Assembly (NCBI RefSeq): GCF_006345805.1
Contig: NC_043001.1
Span: 5,580,001 to 5,644,000 of the forward strand
Reading direction: 5' to 3'
Origin: Octopus sinensis
Taxonomy: Eukaryota
DNA: 64,000 nucleotides
Positions within the stretch are counted from its first letter, which is position 1; every line of letters starts with the position of its first letter. Made by a program: the position numbers and the translations under genes. Below are positions 12,991 to 25,050 of this stretch, piece after piece. The notes under the pieces are model-generated. The model did not search any database and was not told where the DNA came from. It saw only the letters and a program-made list of their open reading frames with translations.

Positions 12991-15087
12991 CTACAATTCC
13001 CAACTCCACCCATTCATTCACAATTTCAACGACATTCGCCTCCACAGCGCTACATATAAGCCTCAACATATACACCGGAGATACACTTACACATCCGTGC
13101 GGATAGGTGAGAGTATACATTGAGTGTAGTGATGGGGCTCCCATTACTATACACATTTGTACCTGTGTGGTAGTCTCCATATGTATATTCAAGCACGGGT
13201 ATAAATGCAAGGGGTACACGCGCACGTCATTTGCGTGTACCCCTCCACATGTACATATGCATGCTATTTGGGCTCGATATATGCAACAATGTAATCGCGC
13301 CCGCATACATGCATATGGGCGAATTGCACAATCAAAAAACGCACACGTGTGTGTGTGCGTTCCCTGGTTGTGCAATTCACCCATCTGGGTGTGAGTGGGT
13401 GTAAGCGTATCGCAGTGGATGTCGAGCTTGATACGTATGTATATGAGTGTGTATTAGGGGTTGTACGTATTAATTATGTGCATGTGCTTCACGCACTTGC
13501 GTCCAGTATGGATGAATATATTGGATTACTATGTGGGTGTAAATTGGGTATGGAGGGGGAGTGTTGTCATTGTATGGGTGTGGGTTTCATTTGATGGTGG
13601 TTAGTTGGTGATTTTTAGTATGTTCTGTATATTTGGGTTAGTTATGTATTATTCTAGTGTGTATAATTGTATACATATAATTGGTGTGAATGGGATTAAG
13701 CCCATTTTTGGGATGTATGTGTTTATTTATCCATGTGGGGCGGGAGTGGCCGTTAGGTGTTATGCTGAGGCTCACATGCAATTCCAGGTACAACGAATGA
13801 AGTGGGCACTTATTTTGTTATGGGTGTGTGTACTTTATTATAACAGACAATACCCAAATAAAATCTGTCAATTCAACATACCAAATAAAAACAAAAAACA
13901 AAGGGATCTTAAACATTCACACATACATACAAATCTCAATAAAACACCACTAAATAACCCCAAAACATATAAATATATCCTCCAAAATACATATAACAAA
14001 TGCATAATAAATACATAATAAAATAAAAAAAAAAAACCTAATATAAATTATTAAAGTTTTAACGTACCATAAACTGTTAAATTAATATACATTAAAAATG
14101 AACTAATTAAAACAAAGAAATATCAATAAAGACTAACTATAATTAAAGCCTAGACAACATAACCAAAAATATATTATCTAAACTAATTTAAACTAAACTA
14201 AAGTAACCTAAAAGGAACTATTATTGCTATTTATCATGAAACTTATTATATAGGTAAAGTAACTTATGTCTGCATTTTATTTTGCGCTCTTCACCAGTAT
14301 TAAGTAAATTATCATACTTATAAAATAAAATTTCTTTAAACTCATTAGAGCATAAATAACAACAATTAGCTCCTATAGTATATGATTTAGTTTTACAAAT
14401 TATTTCCCAAGTAAACTATAATATTTGTATTTAGTGATTTAAGACTCCAAATGTACTTACTAAGTCCGGTTGAGTTGATTAAGTTTTTATTTTTAAAAGA
14501 ATTCATATGTTGTGCGATTCTAGTTTTATTTTTGAGGAAGTAGAACCCTATAAAACCGCTTTTGTTTGTGTAATTATTCTTAAAGTTATTATCATGTAAT
14601 GTAACTATACATTTATACACTACATCGTTAATATCACAATTATTATTTAATATACAATTAGATTTATCTCTACATGTACAATTAATATAAGTCTTATCAT
14701 TATTAATATTATTATCAAATAATTTCTTTTTATAAAAATTATTCAGTTTATATATTAAATGAAGAAATATGTTACCAACATTATTAGTGGTAGAGTAACC
14801 AACTCCAAAATTATAAAAGAGAAAATGTTTCTATATTTACGATTATCTCTAATAAATAGTTCTATAACATCTAAAATCTCTTTAATAATATTCGTTTTTT
14901 ACTTGATCTCCATAAGGAACTATTAACCAAATTTTATTCTTATTAACCTTATTATTATTATCATTATTATAAACCTTTTATAATTCTTTATTTTATTAAA
15001 AGTATATCATATTATATCTATGTACAGCATTTAAGAATTATTAATATTATTAAATTTATCAATATAATTATTATAATAATTATTAAA

Positions 15088-17295
15088 TTTATTTTTCATG
15101 GTAGTTTTTTGTGAAGAATCCATTCATAATAAATTTTTTTAATTAGTGTTGGTTTGCAACGTGGATATAGTTTTTTAGTTCCCTTATTCTATTTCTTTCT
15201 CCATTCATAATTTAAATGACGTTTACTTTCCATGGCGCGTATTCTTTTTTTACATAAGTTATTTCTAAGGTAATGTAATTTTGGTTTGATTTTTTTAACG
15301 GCTAAGAATTTAATTTCACTTCATAATTTGAAACTGACTTGTAAGTATGTCTTTTATTTATCCTTATGTCATATTGTTATTTTTGATATTCTGGTTAATT
15401 ACGATGTATTTAATGTGTTTTTCATAGGAGTGTTTATGTATATGAGTTTGTGTGTGAGTTTTTAGTTGTATAATTTATTTATCTGTATGAGTGTGGTGTG
15501 TAATATTGTTGTATATTCGAGTTTAGTGAGTATGTATATGCGTATATGTGAGGGAGTATATGTTCCGTTGTGTGTGTGTGTTTTGCGTGTGTGTGTTTTG
15601 TGTGTGAATGTGTATATGGGTTTGTTATTTAGGTTTTGGGATGTATGTGTTAATTTGTCTGTGTGGGAGTGGGTGGTTTTGGTGTATACTGAGGTTTATA
15701 ATTTATATTCGTATGTGTATAAGTCGTGGGTCTGTGGTTTACGTGTGTGTATTTGTGTGTGAATGTTTAGGTTAGGGATTGATTAATAGGTTTGTTATAG
15801 AGTTTAGCAAAGGAGATTTTATCGTTATATGTTTTTAAGAGTTTTGGTTTATCATGGTTTTTTTGGGAATTCGTGGTAATTTGTCTATTTTCGATGTTGG
15901 TTATTTTATTACATTGTTTCATTCATAATTTTTGAGTGGGTGTTCGTTTTGCCACGTGAATATTATTTTTAATTCCATTTATTCCATTTCTCCATTCATT
16001 AATTTAGAGATGTTCGTTACCTGAGCGGTTATACTTTTTATACATATGTTAGTTCCTTGGTAAAGTAATTTTGTTTGGTGTATAACGTTGAGGCTTTTAT
16101 GTACTTGTGGGGTGGTGTGAGTGGGGTGGGTGTTTGTATTTGTTATGGTGTGTGGTTTACGTGTGTGTTTTGTATGTGAATGTATAGGTTAAAGGGATTG
16201 CTATATAAGTATGTTATAGTGTTTAGTAAAGGGAGGTTTTATCATTTCTGTTTGTGAGTTTTAGCTTATCATGGTAGTTTTATAAAAGAATCCATTCATA
16301 ATTTTTGTGATTATTTGTCTGTGTGGGGTTGAGTGGGTTTTTTGAGTATATGTTGAGGTTTATATGTATGTATTGGTATGTGTAAGTGGTGTGGGTATTT
16401 GTATATGTCGTGGTGTGTGGTTTACGTGTGTGTATTTGTGTGTGAATGTTTAGGTTAGGGGGATTGCTATATAGGTTTGTTATAGAGTTTAGTAAAGGGA
16501 GATTTTATCATTATATGTTTTTATGAGTTTTTTGTTTATCATGATAGGTTTGTTAAGGATTCGTAGTAATTTGTGTCTATTTGCGATGTCTGTTGTTTTA
16601 TTTTGCATTGTTTCATTCATAATTTTTAAGTAGTGTTCGTTTTTACCAAGTGAATATATACTAATTTTAATTCCATTTATTCCATTTCTCCGTTCATAGT
16701 TTTGAGTGATGTCCGTTTTCTAGAGCGTGAATGTGGGTTTGTATGTGTGTGTGTGTGGGAGTATGAATAAGTATTGTGTTGAAGTATTTAGCTATTTTAT
16801 TTATTTATTGTGCCTAGACGTTTTTATGTGTATGTATAGGGATATATATATATAGGTGTGTGATTTAGTGTATGTAGTTAGATATGGTTATATATAATTA
16901 GGTATATGTGTATGGGTGTTATATAGTTTATTATTATATTATTATTATTTTTTTGTTTTGTTTTATATTTTATATTATATTTTTATTTTTATAGTTTATA
17001 TTTAATTGTTGATAGGTTTTTTTAGTTTATATATTGTTTATATATTGATTATATATGGATTAATATAGGTTATATATGGATTATATACTTATATTTTTTC
17101 ATTCATACTTTATTATTTTAAATTATTATTTTTATATTTTAAAATATTGATTTTTTAGATTGGAAGTCCACCTGAAGATTGTCGATCAAGACAAGAACGA
17201 TTGTAGTGGCGGTTTTTTTGACTATTTATTAAAATTTTATGTGATTGTTTAAGTCTTTCCTTGTTTGTTTTGCAAATAGTGGTTTTGTCTCTAAT
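15088..17295 (+). mobile_element. Inverted partial copy of the PLE-2 3' region
   Basis: Reverse complement of about 9630-11830 with scattered substitutions and indels; ends GGTTTTGTCTCTAATATTTT then (TA)n. Confidence 0.9.
17168..17209 (+). ncRNA. Hammerhead copy in the right arm of PLE-2 (one A missing from GAAA)
   Basis: CCAC CTGAAGA TTGTC GATCAA GACAA GAAC GATTGTA GTGG; identical to the 9717-9759 motif except GAAC for GAAAC. Confidence 0.6.
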
Positions 17296-18226
17296 ATTTT
17301 TATATATATATATATTATATTACATAGAATTGTATATTCTATATATGTGTGTTTCTGCTGTGAGTCTACATATATCTATCTATCTATATATATATATATA
17401 TATATAAATTTCGTTATAGAAGCACAAAATATTTAAATCGTTTCCAGAACCGTTTTACGCATCTATTTTCCCAAAATTAAATGGTTTCATTATGTACGAA
17501 CCTTGCAATTCACATGAGAAGGTTGTGGTATTATTGCAGAATTTATACTCAGCAGTAAGTTTTCTACAGGAATTGTTTTGTCATCTGGCAAAATATATTT
17601 CCATGACAAACGGAATCACATGGAACGCACCTACACTATTTTATACGCTTCCTATCAATCATATTCTTTGACCAATATAAGAGAATTTACACTTAGATAG
17701 TCGTTAAATTATAGTAAATATATTTTCTTTATAGTTCACTCACCCTATATTTCTTTTATAGGAATAAACATGGCGCTGAAAGCAATAATAATATTTACTT
17801 TAATTTATATGTAATGTATTTGGAACTTGCATTTAAAATAAGCTTTTCATTGGAAGTATCACGTTTGTTTCTTTTTGCCATGCAGGCAATAATGTCAAAA
17901 ATTTCTTGTGCGGGCACACAAGATCACATAATTTCGTCCATAATTAGACTCATCAATGTTTGATGCACAGCCACGAGAGAAAGCTGTGATTTGCTTCATG
18001 CATTCGGGATCGCAGGGATATCTCTTTGCTCGCGATATAAAGACAACTGCATTTTGGGCAAAAATGCGAGTTTCTCTGATTGTATCTACGGCAGTATAAT
18101 TTATTCTAACAGGCTATCAACCATTCTGTGGGGATAACTCTGGATTTAATCTTAGAATCTGTACTTTATTGTTTTTACACATACACTGTAGCTATAAATT
18201 GCTCTTAACTTTTCAAAGTAAAAGAT

Positions 18227-18259
<33 letters not shown>

Positions 18260-18265
18260 TATATA

Positions 18266-18342
<77 letters not shown>

Positions 18343-19115
18343 TAGATCAAGAACGCAGAAATGGAATTTTGGTTGTGTGTGTCATTTCATAGCAAAATGA
18401 CCACACCTCTCTTAATAAATAATGCTTAAAATTTTATTTCAGCTCTTACTCGTATCACGATTGACAAGTTTATTCATAGAATCAATGTGCAAATCTCTCT
18501 CCCTTTCCCTCTTCCCTTTCTATCTCTTTCTTCTCTCCCTCTATCTGTATATCAATACACACACACTCATACACACACACTCATACACACACACACACAC
18601 ACATGTTAGTGTGTGTGTGTGTAAGCTTCAACTGACCGCTCCATTGGTCAGATGATACTTCACGAGACAGTTAGCTGGCACTGGCTGCTGGAGTCTACCG
18701 GCGAGCATTTAAATGAGAACTCGGCAGGGGTGGTCATTCTCCGCTGACATTAACACTCCATATCCTAATATGAAACCAAACAACTAAAGGCAAAACAAAA
18801 AAGAAAAAAAAACGCACTCAACACAACAGCTAAAGACACCACAGAAAGTGGGGGGAGGGGCCTGGCACCTCGAAAACGGTAGCAGATTATGGTCTTAAAC
18901 CGGACGTCTTATATCCTGATGATGTCCTTAGACACTGGATTCTATAAAGGAGCTCTTGAGGTAGCGAACCACACAACTACTTGGAATTCCTCCTATAAAA
19001 CCCTGTTAATGACAAAAGGACCTGACTGCTAGTCAACTTACCGATATGGACACAAACGTACACATTTAGTTGTCACGCACAATCCACATATACAGAATTT
19101 ACAAACACACACACG

Positions 19116-19221
19116 CATTGTTTACATTATTTACATTTGACGGATATTTGCCTGGAATTGAACTCGGAATCTTGGGGTGAGTAGCCCGCGCTATTAACCA
19201 TTGCGCCATATGCTCGTGGGC
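19116..19221 (-). mobile_element. tRNA-derived SINE family D (head joined to a PLE-like tail)
   Basis: A box TGGCGCAATGG and B box GTTCAATTC, followed directly by CAAATATCCGTCAAATGTAAATAATGTAAAC, a tail also seen at 39650-39690 and 42410-42445. Confidence 0.7.
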
Positions 19222-19699
19222 TTTTAAATATAGAACTGCACCCACATTTATGCACACAGACAAATATATGTGTGTATGTGTGAGCATTTGTGTGTATGTA
19301 TGCGTATGTTTCTGTGTAGATATATAGAGAGAGAGAGAGGGGGGAGAGGAAAAGAAGAAAGAGAAGTAGGTAGGGAGTGAGGTGGAGAGAGAGACAGACA
19401 GAGAGAGGGAGAGAGATAGATTTGTCCCACTGTTTGCGATGTACATTGATTCCGTGAATAAACGTGTCAATCGTGATAGGATTAAAAGCTGAAATAAAAT
19501 TTTAAGTATTATTTGTGAAGAACGGTGTAATAAATCCGGATTTCGTATTTGTGTATGTGTGAATTGTTCGGATAGAGCAATGTCTGCGTGTGTGTGTATG
19601 GGTGTGTATTCGCTTTTGAATGCGTATGCATATATATTCTTTTATTCTTTAGTTGTTTCAGTCATTGACCGCGGACATGCTGGAGCACTGCCTTTATAT

Positions 19700-20191
19700 A
19701 TATATATTTACACTTATTTATAAGTTGTTTATAATTTTAACCTTTAAAGGTATTTTTTAATATGCTGGCCATTGATAAAATAATTTTTCGAAAAAAATAT
19801 TATCCTGCATTAAATATTTATGTATATAGGTATGTTGTAATATTTATTTTAAACTACAAAACAACTATATAATAACCAAACCCTGTTATAGTAAAATGTA
19901 TTACTCCTTACATCTTTCGTTTATTAAACTTTTAAATAAAGAGTTTGACTGTGAATTCGAAGTCTTTCTTTTTTTTTAGTTTTCTCTGCCACAGTTTGCA
20001 GTTTCCTTATTAAAGTTTCACATACATTCGCACATATTTTTTTATTCTCTCTCTGTTTATATCCTCGTGTTCCTTTCTGTTGAAGAGCGTAGACGCAAAT
20101 CGTAAAATACTTTCTCACCTTCCCAAGCGTCAAACTAATACACTGCTTGTTGTTCATACACCTGTCTTCTTTATATTTGTTCTGTAAATTT

Positions 20192-20195
<4 letters not shown>
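19700..20195 (+). mobile_element. Probable PLE-type 3' end with a degenerate hammerhead-like motif (about 20074-20106)
   Basis: CTTTCTGTTGAAGAGCGTAGACGCAAATCGTAAAA and the downstream tail are homologous to 24921-25050; ends in (TA)n. Confidence 0.5.
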
Positions 20196-20232
<37 letters not shown>

Positions 20233-21004
20233 TATATATATATACACTTCCGGTCTCCGCCGCATGCTGAAAACGTGGCAGTATTGCTCCAGAGAATCTG
20301 TAAGAAAATCTCCCAGGGATACCTTGAAACCGTTCGAAGTAAGTGGAATAATATGACCAGAAATTGTTGCACATTGAGTGTAATTGAACATATTCTTTTC
20401 TACTGTAAGCACAAAGCCCAAAATTTGGTGGGAGGAGGCCAGTCAATTCCAACGACCCTTGGACGCAACTGGTACTTACTATATCACTCCCGAGAAGGTG
20501 AAAGGCAAAGTCGACCTCGGCGGAATTTCAACTCAGAACGTAAAAGCAGTCGATATACCAATAAGAATTTCGCCCGGCGTCCTAAGATTTTTGCCATCTC
20601 CCCACCATGTAATTCAATATATTACTAGAAAATATATTGGAATAAAATACAATACATTGGAAAGCTGTCGTGTTTGTAGACACTCCCTGAAGTATTTCTG
20701 GTAAACAAAGTTATCGTATTTCTTCCACGTGGAATATTTTAAGGTAAAGGCTGAAACCGATCGAAATATGTAAAGTACCCAATCAAAAGACAATGCATAT
20801 CGAGTGTAATTCAATATATTACTAGATAATATCCTGGAATAAAATACAATACACATGTAAGATATTGTAATCGCAGAAGAAAACCTCTTCCACGTGGGAT
20901 ACTGAAGGTAAGCGTAAATCATTTTTACAATTTCGATCTGAAGCAGTTGGCAGAAAAGGAAATAAACAAATAAACAAATAAGCTGGATCAACAGAAAGTA
21001 ATAT

Positions 21005-21795
21005 ATATATTGTCTCTAACAATATCAGAGACCTGGGTGTAATTGTTGATGACGATCTCAGTTGGAGTGCACACATCAACAAGAAGGTCGATATAGCTCG
21101 TATGATGAGTTCCTGGATCTTAAGAACTTGCCGGTCCAGAGAATAAGGTGTCATCATACCACTTTTCTCCTCCTTTGTACGGCCAGACCTCGAATACTGC
21201 TCCCCGCTGTGGTCTCCCCATACAAAACAAAACATCTCGAGGATTGAGTCACCCCAGAGGGCACACACTAAACGAATTGAAGGCATGGCTGCTCTCGATT
21301 ATTGCGATCGCCTTAAAGCCTTGAAACTCTACTCTCTCTAGCGTCGTCGTGAGCGGTACATCATTTGTACGATGTGGAGAATATACCGCCAACTTTGCCC
21401 AAACGACCTGAACATTAGCTTCAAGGTTCATCCAAGACTGGGACCACGAGCAATACGTCCCCTGCCCAATTCAGAATCACAGCATACATGTACACTGCAA
21501 CATAATTTCTTTTCCTCAACAGGCCCTGCCCTATTTAACATTGTCCTGAAAGAGATCAAAGAGGAAAAAGATCCCATCAACTTTAAACGGAGTCTGGATA
21601 GATTCCTTCAAGAAATACCAGATAAGCCACCCATAATTGGATACAACTCACCCAACAAAAACTCACTACTTGAATGGACCATAAACAAAACTTGACTTAA
21701 ACAAGATTCAAATAATCCTATCAGGTGGTGCTATTAAGTTAGACATGGCCTGGACAAATCATTGGTCGAAACATATCTAAGTTTTGTCTAAGTTT
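21005..21795 (+). mobile_element. CR1/L2-type LINE 3' fragment (RT C-terminus + 3' UTR)
   Basis: IRDLGVIVDDDLSWSAHINKKV..ARMMSSWILRT..FVRPDLEYCSPLWSP..IESPQRAHTKRI..YCDRLKALKLYSL*RRRERY..FKRSLDRFLQEIPD; in-frame stops present. Confidence 0.9.
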
Positions 21796-21813
21796 ATATA
21801 TATATATATATAG

Positions 21814-21988
21814 GGCGCAGGAGTGGCTGTGTAGTAAGTAGCTTGTTAACAAACCACATGGTTCCGGGTTCAGTCCCACTGCGTGGCATCTTGGGCAAGT
21901 GTCTTCTGCTATAGCCCCGGGCCAACCAATGCCTTGTGAGTGGATTTGGTAGACGGAAACTGAAAGAAGCCTGTTGTATATATATAAT

Positions 21989-22053
<65 letters not shown>

Positions 22054-22270
22054 TGTGTGTGTGTGTTGTGTTGTCCCCTAGCATGCTTGCTTGACAACGA
22101 TGCTAGTGTGTTTACATCCCCGTCACTTAGCGGTTCGGCAAAAGAGACCGATAGAATAGGTACTGGGCTTACAAATAATTAGTCCCGGGGTCGATTTGCT
22201 CGACTGAAGGCGGTGCTCCAGCATGGCCGCAGTCAAATGACTAAAACAGAAAAAGAGTAAAAGAGTAAAA
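21814..22270 (+). mobile_element. tRNA-derived SINE family A, full length, with an internal (TA)/(TG) tract
   Basis: GGCGCAGGAGTGGCTGTG head, GGTTCAGTCCC B-box-like motif, AAGAGTA tail; near-identical to 28788-29236 and 44737-45160. Confidence 0.9.
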
Positions 22271-22313
22271 AGTATATATATATATATACATATATATATA
22301 TACATATATATAC

Positions 22314-22344
<31 letters not shown>

Positions 22345-22346
22345 AT

Positions 22347-22392
<46 letters not shown>

Positions 22393-23039
22393 GGTATGTA
22401 TGCATGTATGTATAGAACAAAACTGCCACATACCGATCATCGATCGCTTTGTTTACATCCTCGACTCAAATCTTTTCAGTTTTATTTCCTTTACAAGCTC
22501 ATACACAGAAGTACATTATGCAAATATAAATAAACTGGCTTTAAAAAATACCATAGAAAAACCCTTTAAGCTAATTGATACTGGGTGCTATAAGCTTGTA
22601 AACGTAAATTTGTCCTACACAAACGGACATTTGAAAAAAAAAAACAAAGTAACTTTCTTGAATCAACTCTCCCTGCGATGTTGGAACCCCTGCTCCCCAC
22701 TCTCTTCTCTCAATTTGCGCTTCTCACTTTCCCCGCCTAACCTCTCCCCCTCTCTTATTGTACTCCTCAAATTTATTTTCCTTCCATCCTATCTTCTTCC
22801 ACCCCTTTCTCCTAGTGTACTCTCTTGCTCTACTCTTTTCTCATCTTTACTTCATCTCCCCCTCCCCCTCCTGTGATATCCCTACCGCAAAACCCCTTCT
22901 CTCCTTTTCTCTGCACAGGCTATTCCATCACACGTCATAAAAACTGTTGTAACACAGTCGATATGGCAACCTGGAAGGATACGTAGACCTTTTCCTCCGG
23001 GATTGGGTTGTTGTCGAAAAGGATCCAATCAATAATGTG

Positions 23040-23870
23040 GTTACTGCAGTTTTGAATAACAATGGATTCAATAGATGCGAGGCACAGATATAACGAAAAA
23101 AAGAAAGAGCTCAGACGCTCCTATGAACTCGTGAGTTCAAATCTGAAGAGGTTAGACACCATTTTGAAACTTAAAAATGCTCATTCGCCTGAGAAAATTG
23201 TTTGCATGGAAAAGACCAAAAGTGATGCCCCAACGAGAGACGCAGAGCAACCAGCACTATACCCACTTATGAGGGTAATCTCAGTAATGTGAAAATTGAA
23301 GAGGAGCAACAAAACAATCCCAAAGCTCGCAAGAGAAGTGACTGCAACTTCCTCTCCTAACATGGCAGCCCAGCGAGAAAAAACAGCCGCATGGTAGCTG
23401 CAGCAGTTTCAAATCTAAGGCTAAACCCATAAACGGAATCTGCAAATTCTATGTAAAAGGAGTCTGCTGACATGGAGAGTAGGGTACACACTGCCGCTTT
23501 GAACACCCAAATCCACACCACTGTGCCTACCAAAGAGACTGCCAAAAAGCTGTATGCAGATTTAGTGCGAACTGCAGCAGTGAGCATCAACATTGTTTAG
23601 GTATCGCACAGACGATAACACAGCACTTACCATGTCTACAAACAAAATTAAGCCATGTACATCCAAAAACAAGACCTCCAGAAGTAAAGGACCAGGATGG
23701 CCACCGCTGCCGCCGAGTCGTCCATCACACCAATTCTACTGAGGAGCATCAGAGGCCCCTTGCCAAACAACAGCAAGAGCAAAACTACATACCTGGGAGA
23801 ACTGACTGTGTGCAAACAAGCTATATGCATTGCCCTCACAGAGACTCATCTGTCGGCAGATATACACGAA
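23040..23870 (+). mobile_element. LINE 5' fragment: ORF1 remnant and start of an apurinic endonuclease (ORF2)
   Basis: LLRSIRG...YLGELTVCKQAICIALTETHL matches the APE N-terminus (NIRG...ETHL); Cys/His-rich remnant upstream. Confidence 0.65.
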
Positions 23871-24041
23871 TATTTGTGCGAGTGTTTAGGTAGTATACCT
23901 ACAAAAATCAGCATTCCTTGGAACTTTCAGAATTCATTGCAGGGTTCTTGAAGCATGCTAAGTAAGACAAGTGTCACCTTAGTCTGCTGGCTGCGGCTAG
24001 TGGAAACTCCCCATCATACCCAATATAGGCTGAGTTTTAAT

Positions 24042-24072
<31 letters not shown>

Positions 24073-24084
24073 CAACAACACAAC

Positions 24085-24135
<51 letters not shown>

Positions 24136-24859
24136 CAACAACAACAACAACAACAATAATAATAATAATAATAATAGTAATTTCTTCTAAAGTGATCACG
24201 TTTATGAAATCTGGGCGGCAAGCGGGTAGTGGATTACTTGGTCCCCAGCGTTCATTCGGGGATTATTTAATCAACCCCAAAAAGATGAAATGCACAGTCG
24301 ATAATAGCGGGATTTGAATTGGGAATCTAACGACGGACGAAAATGTCAGTGTTTTGTATCACGCTAAAGATACTATCAGTTCGCGGCATTATAAGCAATA
24401 ATGAAATTGAATACGATAAGATTAATTATTATTATCACCTGCTTACACTTGAAGTCCGAAATCAGTGCGTGTAATTATGTACGTATAATTATTTGTTCTT
24501 TGGAGGTATCACTTGAGACGCAAAGTTCTGTTTCGTAAAGAAATATTGGATACCGATGTATCTACATTTTGCGACTGCTTGGGTTTTGGTGTGATCACAA
24601 CAGGTTCCAGAAAAAAAGAAGGGACTCTCTTAAATGTTAGTGAAGAGGTCATCGGCGAAGTAAACAAAAATATATATATATATATACATTGATCTTTTAG
24701 TTCATCGCTGATTAATACAATCACTTCATACATCTGTTTACACACGTACGCACACACTGAATCCCTCACCTACACAAAAGCAATCGTTTATTTAAATTTG
24801 TACATTCAGAGAGACAAATACATACACACACACATAGAGATGCGTATACATCTATATCT

Positions 24860-25050
24860 TATTGCATATGTATGTATGAATATATCAGTCTTTGTTTCTC
24901 TCCTTGCTTTTTCTGTGTCCCTTTCTGTAGAAGAGCGTAGGCTCGAAACGTAAAATAATTTTTTGATTCCTGAGCGTTATACTAATACATCTGTTTGCTT
25001 TGTACACCACCTGTCTTCGTCTTTTGTTTTTTTTTGTAAACTCTCCCTAT
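24860..25050 (+). mobile_element. Short PLE-type 3' end containing a variant minimal hammerhead (24922-24955)
   Basis: TTT-CTGTAGA-A-GAG cgtagg CTC-GAAA-CGTA-AAA; flanked by microsatellites; homologous to about 20070-20190. Confidence 0.55.

Larger units (their letters stand above)
9545..15085 (-). mobile_element. Penelope-like element PLE-2, 5'-truncated: linker + GIY-YIG endonuclease, about 4.5 kb repetitive 3' region, hammerhead and tail
   Basis: Minus-strand translation of about 14240-14950 (with frameshifts): KIWLIVPYG..GYSTTNNVGNIF..NCTCRDKSNCILNNNCDINDVVYKC..GFIG..KTRIAQHMNSFKNKNLINSTGLSKYIWSLK..CCYLCSNEFKEILF..LLN..CRH*. This is a typical PLE endonuclease. Confidence 0.85.

Noticed and set aside
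9760-14040. Mitochondrial control-region NUMT, suggested by strong strand skew
   Set aside because: No mitochondrial gene, tRNA or rRNA is recognisable, and the segment is bracketed by a PLE endonuclease and a hammerhead.
10440-16480. Telomeric repeats (CCCTAACCTAA / TTAGGTTAGGG within the repeat module)
   Set aside because: Only one or two degenerate units per module; no array.
18905-18935. CTGATGA followed by a TGTC/GACA hairpin as a hammerhead
   Set aside because: No GAAA after stem II and no stem I or III partner.
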